Source: a virus. From it: a stretch of 64,000 nucleotides of DNA. Both the position numbers and the translations under genes were made by a program. The DNA lies in IMG/VR virus record IMGVR_UViG_3300042673_002246. One strand, written 5' to 3'. Below, in pieces: positions 36,301-45,400 of this stretch (its first letter is position 1; each line of letters begins with the position of its first letter). The notes below the pieces were generated by a model. That model made no database searches, had not been told where the DNA came from, and saw only the letters and a list, made by a program, of their open reading frames with translations.

Positions 36301-39300
36301 AACTTTGTCGAAAATGTCTGCCGCTTTTGCGGCTACCTCATCTTCCAGTTTCGCCCTACTTTCTAATTCCTCTACCGAGCTGATACGTCCACTAGACAGA
36401 CGTCCGCGCCTGTCGTTTGGTGCCATTCTTGAAAGTCGTTCTGTTCTTCTTGAGGTGGATGGAGCACCAGGACGAACTCCGCCAGAACGAACAACCCCAT
36501 TTTCCGACAACGAACTAATATCTTCGTCACGCATTCTCACTCGAACTCGTCTGTCGAAAGAACTGTGCATTTTAAATGCAGCATTTTCAATCAACTGTGC
36601 TATCTGTTCATCTGAGTACCTTCGAAGAGCTTCTGCAACATTTGAGTCGAGCATGTCTGATGCAATGTCGTCATACTCTTTTGAACCATTACCATTGAGG
36701 ATTGAGCGCAGCTCACGCATATCAGACGAAAGCTGCTTTCTCCGCGAAGACCGTCTTTCCTCTCTGGAGAGAGTTGGTCCAAAATGTGTAGACCCAGAAG
36801 AAAGTCGTCTTGATGGGGCTTCGCCGAAGGTTGACCCAAAATCTGCAACTGAATCAATTATCTCAGCGCTTGTCTCGTCTATATCTGCAGATTCTCTTTC
36901 TGTTGAGTCTGGCCTCGATATGCCGAGTTTGCTTCTTCTTATTATTTCTTTATCGGCAACTTCTCTAATTTTCTTAGAGTTTCCCTGTCGCCATATGGCG
37001 TCATCGGTTCCAGAGCTGATTCCGTCAACAAGGGCATCAAGTACATCAACGGTGTCTTTCTGTCTTACAATTTCAGCTCTTATCGTTCCATCTTTGTCGC
37101 GACTAATGATTCTCAGTTTCCCTGGAGGTGCGACGAACTTTTGCTCATCATCTTTTTCGGCATTTGGAAAGACTCCGCGATTTCCTTCTGCAACACTAAT
37201 GATTATTTTCCTCTTTACGCGGCCCGTTTCCTTATCTGTCCCCCGAGGTGATGATGTCGGTTTAGAGCGAGATGTGAGTACACGTCCAGAAATGAAATTA
37301 TCTACATTTATTTCATCCCCAACCTTTTTCCCCTTTACTTCTACTGCTGGGAAGTCGGATACAACCTCAAATTCAAATGGCGAATCTATCGACGACGAAT
37401 CAATTGCTTCCATTGTTGGGATGAGTATGTTGCGCACCTGTTCAGACAGCGAACCCTCGTCCTTGCGCCTCGGGTCTACGGCAAGGCCAAGACGGTTGAG
37501 GCGAGCATTTCTTGCATTCATCGCCCTACCTACAACAGTTTGCTTTTCCGGAGTTAACATCTGCGCTATTTCTGGGGCTACGAAATCATCCATCTCTCGG
37601 ATTGCAGCAGCTTGTTCTTTGGTTATCTTTCGACGCAGGCGCGCTTTCTCTCGTTTCGCATTGTCTATAGCTTCTTTTTGCGATTTAAATTTCTTTATTT
37701 TCTTAGGTTTTGGTTTGAGTAATTCATCTACCTTGCCATTAAACTCCCTACCGGCCCTTGCTGTTGCACGCGAATCACCACTCTCTGCAATTCGTGAAAT
37801 GTATTCAGAACGGAGAATTGAGCGCTCCTCCATTAATTCTTGAACTTCCGGGTCGTCTTCTAGCCTGTCTTTAACCAGGACGTCAATATCAGCGGCACGG
37901 CGAATCAGTTGATTTTCTGATTTTGTTTTTGCTGAAGATGTTATGTCATCAATTCTTTTTGCTTTAGCAAATGCTTTTATTTCTTCGTCATCCACCATTC
38001 CTGCATCACGTCTTGTTTTTTCGACTACCCTGTCGAATCTCGATGCCTCACCCTTTGCTCCAACTCCGAATTTTTTCCTCCACTCAGAACGCGAATCAGA
38101 GTACATTTTCTCGTAGTAGTCAAGTATTTTTTGACCTTCTTCAATTTTCTTGCTGAGGTCAGCCACTTTCTCTGTTCGCTCTGTTATTGATTCCTCTGTT
38201 GCATCTTCTGGTAGTTCAGAAAGCCCATTGAGCTCATTCGTAAAATTATCCAGTTGTGCGCGTATGTCTCTTCTTTGGGCATCAACCAGTGCAGCTTGTT
38301 GGAACATCTCTTCTTCATCGAGTTCCGAATAGAATTTTTTAAATTCTTTAAGTTTTTCCCGTCTTTCCTCTATTGTTCGTTTTTCAATGTCTCCGGACAT
38401 TTCATCGATTTCTTCATCGGAAAGGCGGTCTGCAGAAGAGCTGGAAGTCGGCCTGAATGTAGTACTTTCCAGTATTGCTCGTTCTTCTGCATCAATATCT
38501 GCGCGCTCGGCAGAAAGCCTGCTTCGCTCAACGTCATCCATCCACTCCAATGCTGCGTCTACGTCATCTCCGAAAATAAGTCCCTGTTCGCGTAGTGCAT
38601 GTAGTTCTGCACCAACCTCAAGACCCCATATTTCGCTGCCTTCTGTATATTCGGTTGGGTACTTGCCAGCAAGAAATGCAGCCACTTCACTGCGCTTTAA
38701 TGCATCTGACATATTTTTCAGGTCCAAGCCATCATTGGAATCCATCATCAAATCCATAACATCACCGCTTGTTAGATTTGTCAACAATCCTCCACGCTCT
38801 TCATCGAAATCAACAGTGACAATACGGTTTCCGACAAACGTCATCGCACCAGTTCTCTTGTCTTGTTTGTACTGAGGGATTTCAATTTTTCCGCCGTTAT
38901 CGATAGCTTTGCGAAGAATTTTTTGAATGAATGCCTGGCTTTGAATTCCGTGTGAAAACTCATGAAAAGCAATATGTTTAGTAAATGACCTCGGCCCGTC
39001 TACAAGCCCTGCCATGTGGCGTGCTGCATATTCGGAATTTATTAAGAAGTCTGCTACTGCGCTCTTCGCCTCTGAGTCACTGACAACCCCAACAGCAGAT
39101 ACGGCAAGTCGTTCATCTGCACGCATGTCTGGCAGCATCGATTCCTGGTTTGTCATGATGCGCTCTAGGTTTACGTGCATTACTCCACGTATTCCACCAG
39201 CACCTGGCCTCATGCTTCCGTGAACCGCAGTTCCTGCTTCGTCATTAGTGAAGAAATTGTATTCAATTCGGTCGAAAAATTTAGCGGTTCCTGGTTTTGT

Positions 39301-40707
39301 TTTGTACAGATGCAAAGCTGTTTCAAAATATGCTCGCTCTGTTTCGTAATATCTCTTAATGTCAGCTTCAATTAAGCGCTCTTGTTCTGGCTTGGTCAGC
39401 GCTTTCCAGTTAGCCACCTTCTGCAGGCGGGCTGTTATGTACCTGCGAACCTCGTCTGGTCTCATTCTGGACATATCGCCCATTCCAGAAACATTCGATA
39501 CGTTTAGGTCCCAACCATCTCTGCCGCCCGTTGCGACGAACAGCTCATTTAGCTTTTCTACTGCCTCGAATACGTCGGCATTTACTGCTCGTGCAGCATC
39601 GCTTCTGTCAACACCCAATTCGCTATACAGTTGCGAAACGCTTTCATCGAACTTGATAGCCGCATCCTGGGCATTTATCAGTCCGTTTCTAAAAAGTCGC
39701 TGACCTGGCTCAACGTCAACCGTACGCCAATCTGGGGAATCTAGTCTTTCTCCAGTTATCTCGTCGTAATACGGGCTTCTTGCCATTCTGACCGGAGCCC
39801 ACGGAACATTTGAATCCCACTCATTGTTTTTTATAAAGTTAAGTAGTGTTCTTACTCCGTTTGTAAAACCACCAAGCTCCCCTGATTCCTGCATCTCTTT
39901 TGCCTTACGCGCAGCAAAGCGAGAGAATCTCGACGCGCTAAAACCAAAACAGTTGGTTCCGAACATGTCCGTAAATTGGTTTGCAGCAGGGGTTCCCGGA
40001 GGGCATCTGAATTTGTTTAGCTCGTCACGGACTACGCCGAATCGAGCAGCAGCTCGCGCAATGAGATTTCCACCAGGAACACGAGAAGAGAGAGGTCTGC
40101 CAGGGAGGCGTTTTTTTTCTAGTCCGTTTTCTTTTTCTGTTAGTTCACGTAGTTTGGCTCGTCGCTCATCGAATGACATGCCTGCAGTAATAGAGAATCC
40201 ATCTATTTCTTCTGCCGATTCCTGGATTACATCATCTGTTTTTGCATTTACTTTAAATTTTGTAAGTTTTATTTGCGGTTTGCGATTAAGCTCAAAAAGC
40301 ATTTCGTCGAGATTTTTGAAATTCCCAGTTGTCGGCTCAATCCACCCAATGTTTGGCATGGTGTCCATGCCATTTTTGCTTTCGTATGATGGACTAAGTA
40401 CAAACCTTTTTCCTGGCTCCCACTTCGCTGCAGTTTCCCATCTGTGACCAAATTCGTCGGACTGAACGCCAGGTCTAGTGTCTCCAGTGAATTCACGTTT
40501 CTTATTGTCGGTATCTTCGTATGTTTGGCGATTTTCGCCAAGAGCTTTTACTGCGATATCGGCAATAAGTCTTTCCTGTTTGGCTGATTCAATAACTGAA
40601 GCCTTGAAAGTAAGAGCCTTTTTATCAACGTCACCAATAGTGCGCGCAGGCGCCAGCATGCGACGCGATACAACTACTCGTTCCTTGTCGGTGAAATCAC
40701 CCGTCAT
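33331..40707 (-). CDS. Giant polyvalent protein B (2458 aa): RCP motif, zincin, degenerate VIP2-like ART, ParB/Srx-like and DUF3626-like modules
   Basis: RCPPGTPAANQFTD; HEFSH...EVGAE; ILDGHHRWA; RPVSGYL...FGDIEVVLK...GDSL...EAQILGG; three [LF]SSG linkers. Confidence 0.8.
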   Translation of the reverse strand: MTGDFTDKERVVVSRRMLAPARTIGDVDKKALTFKASVIESAKQERLIADIAVKALGENRQTYEDTDNKKREFTGDTRPGVQSDEFGHRWETAAKWEPGKRFVLSPSYESKNGMDTMPNIGWIEPTTGNFKNLDEMLFELNRKPQIKLTKFKVNAKTDDVIQESAEEIDGFSITAGMSFDERRAKLRELTEKENGLEKKRLPGRPLSSRVPGGNLIARAAARFGVVRDELNKFRCPPGTPAANQFTDMFGTNCFGFSASRFSRFAARKAKEMQESGELGGFTNGVRTLLNFIKNNEWDSNVPWAPVRMARSPYYDEITGERLDSPDWRTVDVEPGQRLFRNGLINAQDAAIKFDESVSQLYSELGVDRSDAARAVNADVFEAVEKLNELFVATGGRDGWDLNVSNVSGMGDMSRMRPDEVRRYITARLQKVANWKALTKPEQERLIEADIKRYYETERAYFETALHLYKTKPGTAKFFDRIEYNFFTNDEAGTAVHGSMRPGAGGIRGVMHVNLERIMTNQESMLPDMRADERLAVSAVGVVSDSEAKSAVADFLINSEYAARHMAGLVDGPRSFTKHIAFHEFSHGIQSQAFIQKILRKAIDNGGKIEIPQYKQDKRTGAMTFVGNRIVTVDFDEERGGLLTNLTSGDVMDLMMDSNDGLDLKNMSDALKRSEVAAFLAGKYPTEYTEGSEIWGLEVGAELHALREQGLIFGDDVDAALEWMDDVERSRLSAERADIDAEERAILESTTFRPTSSSSADRLSDEEIDEMSGDIEKRTIEERREKLKEFKKFYSELDEEEMFQQAALVDAQRRDIRAQLDNFTNELNGLSELPEDATEESITERTEKVADLSKKIEEGQKILDYYEKMYSDSRSEWRKKFGVGAKGEASRFDRVVEKTRRDAGMVDDEEIKAFAKAKRIDDITSSAKTKSENQLIRRAADIDVLVKDRLEDDPEVQELMEERSILRSEYISRIAESGDSRATARAGREFNGKVDELLKPKPKKIKKFKSQKEAIDNAKREKARLRRKITKEQAAAIREMDDFVAPEIAQMLTPEKQTVVGRAMNARNARLNRLGLAVDPRRKDEGSLSEQVRNILIPTMEAIDSSSIDSPFEFEVVSDFPAVEVKGKKVGDEINVDNFISGRVLTSRSKPTSSPRGTDKETGRVKRKIIISVAEGNRGVFPNAEKDDEQKFVAPPGKLRIISRDKDGTIRAEIVRQKDTVDVLDALVDGISSGTDDAIWRQGNSKKIREVADKEIIRRSKLGISRPDSTERESADIDETSAEIIDSVADFGSTFGEAPSRRLSSGSTHFGPTLSREERRSSRRKQLSSDMRELRSILNGNGSKEYDDIASDMLDSNVAEALRRYSDEQIAQLIENAAFKMHSSFDRRVRVRMRDEDISSLSENGVVRSGGVRPGAPSTSRRTERLSRMAPNDRRGRLSSGRISSVEELESRAKLEDEVAAKAADIFDKVVAGGKNVDDMTTDEISKVFGKSLVRSTRKAISANHRNTYIAEDVPTALALMSLGHHVIVKDADLTLTASAQAKLEKAVQKSALTHIEQNNERWLNFKKAYEADVLSNNPGIDISSKDFVNKMKKDYVDSYQADLCGLYDAMQNLLCSGHIGIDREKMPQTNGRTKGANTIAIRMLKNGKADGKWEPASGLSTEDSERYASLKKRHPMKNKPSSNPMSEDELNWFYSNTDWNNTEVNLEGEFIQFLNETLTPEDPSTGPSVRKKTVPANEYAPSQQQLVASKVSGMADGITKKALEIADQLEQEGLDRKSDEFRRRFLEEINKQWFSSPILATMDKYILDGHHRWAGINVANLGLGDELQVPLNVNEVQTDIVEGLTLGRAFQEVYGIKEARLGAENAWQKGDIAEISDSEIAKVAEDLKTNISDMADELYERGDFIKVGAVGYTARPDYKKAVTTRQSLRSNRRIVLPDDSDEITGRAAARRTWFSSGRDMTSAANRARNDRNANARAVSALTKAGVEKSERGDMVQAIAAMSVFGNGGTSEDIAKVANQIAAAGNQDLALVAVRELQRSGAIDKNTAMRAMEKLGDYSGPRKPVSNRKKLQNSFADGFRAFMKNVSETRNNNRTRGVLSRTRRQVLTGKMSDGDTDATSSQRIGMSAINFAKDYQSSIGLSSDIPNELRPVSGYLVHNSYKKAKQNQVLQNNSGNIDMDANFEIMDEDIVGDGLTAFGDIEVVLKPNVSNRVAYGKGDSLSTGHRPVALNSMNRDDIVDAYIGGSSPGSRSRNLVSTLNLLGAGMSDDFSSVNSGRDRDGKFPTPGSLGQGVDRDVFEAQILGGFDKDEVEKINYPFSRLSENSGKEDISDVVNNRSIAERLRSAGFSQEEIEYFYSINSGSKMNTQSMQKLRNYRAAKKIQDEYKKLGFDNVGIAHPEGINLFDARSYSAAAKRSDDIETVLREKIMREIAENAKKLLEEMRKEKSPSLVTRSGAML

Positions 40708-40724
40708 TGCGGGTTGCCTTTTTG

Positions 40725-42347
40725 TTAGAGATTGTCGATTTGCTCTTCGAGCAGCTGAAACTCAACCAGTGAGGCGAGGAAGTTTGCATCATTTGGCACC
40801 TCATTCTTTTCTGAAGCACCAGCAATCCAGTTTGCTGGAATCAAGCTTTCGAGCTTCAGAGCCCGCGCCCGCTTCATGATGTGCTTCTTCGCTGCTTCTT
40901 TATCCTTGGCGCGACCAAATGCCTGAATTGCATTGCGCAAATCAGCTTCGGTAACAATTGGGTATGAACCGTCCGGAAGAGCCATGCCTTCTTTTGCAAG
41001 GTCCATTCGTCGTTCTTCGTTGAAAGCACGCTTCAAGGCAAGCTCTGCTGCTTCTGCTTCAATTGCTTCAGCTTCATCTTGCTCGTATCTGTCGTATCCC
41101 AGAACCTCTCCATCGAGGGCAACGAAAACATCGTATGACTTCCCGTCGAATCCTTCGATTTCAACTGCGTACGAATCAAATCCTTCGAATACGTCTGGCT
41201 CAACAGCCACGACATGTCCATCGAATGATTTTACTGCGATTTCTGCAGCTTCAGTGAAGTCAATCAACTTGTACTCAGACGCCTCTGATTTTTGCTCAAA
41301 TTCATTTACGTCAAGTTTGTGGAAACCCATAACTTCAGCAGTTGTTCCGTCAATGAATATTTCCTTGACATCTCCACTCTTTGTTTGCACATCAACCACA
41401 AACATGTCCGCATCTGCAGAATAGCCAGAGTCGATAACACGACCATTGAACATCTGTTCAGCAAGTCCTTCAACATGAAGGATTCCTGGCATTCCTTTTT
41501 CCGCAATGCATCCACCTGGGCAGTCATCGCATACTGGGGCCGAGCCAGCATAAGCCTTGCGCTCCAGGGAGCAGACGTAACCTGACGCACCAATGTCCGA
41601 TGGCTTTATGCCCATCGACTTAATACGTGTTTCACGGAGGGCATCCCAGTATTCATTACCGGCATCAAAAGACTTTTCCTCAGTATCTTCTTCTTCGTCT
41701 TCGTCCATTTCTTCTTCGTCTTCTGCGCCCTCTTCGGCTTCTTCTTCCATGTCCATGTCTTCTTCTTCCATGTCCATGTCTTCTTCGTCTTCTTCGTCTT
41801 CTTCGTCTTCGTCCATTTCGTCTTCTGACATATCCATGTCTTCAGCCTTGAACTTACGGCGTCCCTTTGGACCCATTCCGTACATTTTTTCGGATTCAGA
41901 ATCCATCTCTTCCTCGTCTGCGTCAGTGTCGAGGTTTTCGTCATCTTCTTCGTCCATGTCGTCCATTTCTGGTTCGACATCTTCTTGCATCTCTGGAACC
42001 ATGCGCTTTTTGGCCATTGACTCTTCTTCGTCTTCGGCCATTTCCTCGTCATCCATTTCTGCGTACATTTCTTTCATGGATGGTTTCTTCTTTTTCTTCT
42101 TGTTGCGAGAAACCATGTCCTCTGACATTTCTGGCATCATGTCTTCTGTCATATCTTCCGACATGACGCTTTTCCCATCCAATCCCGAAACTGGAACCAT
42201 CTTCATTTCAACTGGTACCGCGCCGCATTTGGCGCAAATTTTTGCGCCCTTGACAAATCCGCACTCGCCAGAAGCAAGTCCTTTCGCGCACTTCAGCACG
42301 TCTCCGTCGCTGTCGATGCTGACATTAACCTTCTCGTCGTAGCTCAT
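40725..42347 (-). CDS. Acidic head-region protein (scaffold-like) with Cys clusters and PepSY-like repeats
   Basis: Asp/Glu/Met tract; EAAEIAVKSFDGHVVAVE..YAVEI PepSY-like; C-terminal ALPDGSYPI...DLRNAIQAFGRAKD. Confidence 0.7.
   Translation of the reverse strand: MSYDEKVNVSIDSDGDVLKCAKGLASGECGFVKGAKICAKCGAVPVEMKMVPVSGLDGKSVMSEDMTEDMMPEMSEDMVSRNKKKKKKPSMKEMYAEMDDEEMAEDEEESMAKKRMVPEMQEDVEPEMDDMDEEDDENLDTDADEEEMDSESEKMYGMGPKGRRKFKAEDMDMSEDEMDEDEEDEEDEEDMDMEEEDMDMEEEAEEGAEDEEEMDEDEEEDTEEKSFDAGNEYWDALRETRIKSMGIKPSDIGASGYVCSLERKAYAGSAPVCDDCPGGCIAEKGMPGILHVEGLAEQMFNGRVIDSGYSADADMFVVDVQTKSGDVKEIFIDGTTAEVMGFHKLDVNEFEQKSEASEYKLIDFTEAAEIAVKSFDGHVVAVEPDVFEGFDSYAVEIEGFDGKSYDVFVALDGEVLGYDRYEQDEAEAIEAEAAELALKRAFNEERRMDLAKEGMALPDGSYPIVTEADLRNAIQAFGRAKDKEAAKKHIMKRARALKLESLIPANWIAGASEKNEVPNDANFLASLVEFQLLEEQIDNL
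41690..42070 (-). repeat. Low-complexity Asp/Glu/Met coding tract
   Basis: (TCTTCGTCT)n-like repeats encoding DEDEEDEEDMDMEE; boundaries approximate. Confidence 0.85.
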
Positions 42348-42489
42348 AGAACTCCTGTTTGTGCAGGAAAATGACCGGTCTGGACATTAACCATTAAATT
42401 GTGCTCTAAATTATAACGTATCATGTCGCAGCAGCGTGAATTAGCAACATTAACTAATTTCTGCAAATTTATTTACTACTGCAATATTC

Positions 42490-45400
42490 CTATTCTTTTG
42501 TTCCTGATTTGCCGAACATGGTTCGACCTTCTTCTTGAAGTCTCTTACGTGCGTTTTCTAATTGCTCTTTACTGAAAATGTCCTCAATTGTGTGGCTTGT
42601 GCCAAATATTTCATTGAAACGATTGACCACATCCTGAAGCTCGTTGGATGAGTATCTTGGCTCATCACCCTTAATCTTGCTGAAAGTCTTGCCGCGTGTT
42701 TTTGCTGCATTGTTTAGAAGAACGGAAAGATTGCTCGTACCAAGGATGTATTCCTTATTTCTCTTGGTGTTTCCACCAGAACCCTTCTGGGTGTTTGATA
42801 TGAACTCAACCATCGCCTCGGCAACATTTGCCTTGCTTGCGCGAAGTTCACCGTCAAGCTTTTGACCATTTTCTGGCCAAACGCTTTCCGCATTCTCAAT
42901 CATCCCTGTCCGAATCATCTCCTGGATTGCTGCAACTGGCACTCCGTCACTTTCCCATGACTTCCTGTCTTTCGGATTGGTCAAACCGACATCATCCATC
43001 CCGAATGACCGCTTCATTCTTTCTCTTAGCTGAGCCATCCATTCGTCTCTGTCAAGACCAAGATTTTCGATGAGATTATCCAACTTGAAATCTCTTCTTG
43101 ATGTCTTTGCGCCAGCTGGGTTTGTTTCATTGACCGTCGGTGCTGGTGCTTCTGGAACAAAGTCTGGCATTCCCTCGTAAATAAGGTCAGCCTCGGCAGA
43201 AGCTTCGCCATCAGCGTCTTCTGGGTTTGGCGTAAATCTTCCAGTTGCCCTAAATTTTGCCACTGGGTCGACTTCTCCAAGAGTGGAGTATTCATCTGAA
43301 GAAATGATTTGATTTTCTTCCCTGTCGGCCCAGAACGGATATGCGTCTTTCCCAAATGTTTCAATGATGAATCTGTCGCGCATATTGGCTCTACCGAGAT
43401 TTTCGGCAAAACGTTGAGCTGACGACATCTTCTCCACGCCCGGCTCGTCTGAAGTTACTGGCGAGAACAATCTCCATCCACCAAATTCAGGTCTATTGCC
43501 GAGTTCTGCAACGAGGAATCTGACGGCATTGTGGGATATTCCAGAATCATCATCAGAAATCCTCTTTGCATCCTCTGGCGATAAATTTAGCAATCTTGAA
43601 AGGTCGGTGTTGGAAATTGGTTCCGACTTGGTCCACTTTACATCAGCAATTGTGTTGTCTGGATTTCTGACAACATCAAACTCAGTTGGAATTCTGATTG
43701 ATTCCTTCAGGCTCTTTACTGGAAGCATCCATGTATCTGCATCTGGATTCGAAAGATTTTCATTCCCAGATACGCGACCGATAGTTACTTGTGGTCGACG
43801 CTTCATTGCGGCGGCAGCCTTATCCAGGCCCTCATTTATCTGTCGTCTGCGCTCTTTTACTGTTCCGGACTTACTTGACGTATCTAGCGTTATTCCGCGT
43901 TTTCTAAAACCATCCCAGAATCTTCTGGCAAACGCGAATGACTCTCCAGTCTTTGAGCCTCTAATTGCAGCAAGATTTGTAGCATTGATATTGTCCGCAT
44001 AAGTGGACCCGCTACTCATTCTTCGTGCTTTTCTGTCAGCGCGATTTGAACTGTTTACTGAACGTGGCCCACCAACTGCTGCTGTCCGTTCTGGCGCTTG
44101 GACTCCTGGCGTTTCTGGTGCTGAGGTTTCTGTAGTGGCCTGTCGCTCAACATCTCCGCCACGAAGTCTTGCTCGTCTTGCCGACCTGTTGGTCCCAGTT
44201 CCTGGAACTGCTGTTTCAGGTACGCTATTTACGCGACCGCTTGAAAGTATCTCTCTTGCGCCATCAGGGAATACTTGCTCACCATCTCCAAATGGGTTCC
44301 AAAATCCAGAAGGAGCCTGCTGCTCCTCGGTTAGGAACTTTTCAATATATTCAAAACCCTTTGGATTTTTCTTTGGGTCGATAATCCATGACGTTGCCTC
44401 AGACAACTGAATGCGCTTTTTTGCGCGAGTCATCATGACGTAAATAAGGTTTTCCATTTCACGACTTATGTCATTCCCTGGAAGTATCGAACCATCGTCT
44501 TCAAACTTTGGCTGGAAGAAATCGTCTCCGGCAACCACGTTGTCGAATTCCAAACCTTTGGCTGCGTGTGTTGTTAAGAACGATGCATCAACTTCTGGCT
44601 CGTTTGCTGAGTCAGTTATCATTCTTCCAACAAGGCTGAGGAGCAATCCAGTCTCTTCTGGATTATCTCCCTTTATTCTTACAGCGTCATATGCTGGTGC
44701 ATTCGATGAGCCAGCCTTACGTGGTACGTACTGCTTTTCTATTGTGACTTTTCCTTCCAGATTGAGGTCTTTAATCATTTTCTCAATCCGGCGTCGCATC
44801 ATAGGCTTTTCGCCGTTCTTGTCACCTGTGTACTGAATTTTTCCTGCTGCGTCCCTGAACTGGTAGACATCAATTATTCCTTCACCGGAAATAATTACTC
44901 CATTCTCCCATTTCCCATCTGCACCAAGACTTTCGGTATCCAGTTTCCAGAAAACTTCTCTGCTTGGTGTCTGGCCGGTTGGGTTCGGGATGATGTTAAA
45001 TCGCTTATCACGATTCATCTTGTACGCACCCTTGGCTCCACCGCCGCCTTTACCTGCTTTTTGTTTTCCGAGAGCAATTAGTTCCTCACCAGAAACCGTC
45101 GAAGAACTTCCATCTATATTCTTGAATGGGTCAACATCGAGTGGTTCTTCTATTTCTCGTATTCTTGCTCTAGTTAAGACCTCGCCAGTTTGTGGGTCCC
45201 TTCGACCTAGCAATCTGTTTAGCCAGTCAAGTGGGGAAAGTTGATTTCCTTCTGCGTCTCGAACCTGCAAAAGCTTGAGCATTGAACCCAGTTGACCATA
45301 GGATGATTTTTGACCTGCGCGTTTTCTGATTTCCTCCATTGTCCACGCATTGCCAATAATCTTTGATTCGCGTGGTCGTGTCCCAACAGGACGGAGGACA

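Noticed and set aside
36272-37843. 523-aa plus-strand ORF
   Set aside because: Antisense shadow of protein B, Ser/Leu-rich with no motifs
40111-40118. A8 run (coding strand) in protein B as a second slippage site
   Set aside because: Shorter run explained by Glu-Lys-Lys codons, and the -1 frame has no immediate stop; weak evidence
41593-42342. Poly-Ser 249-aa ORF and Lys/Thr-rich alternative-frame ORF
   Set aside because: By-products of the Asp/Glu low-complexity tract in the 540-aa gene
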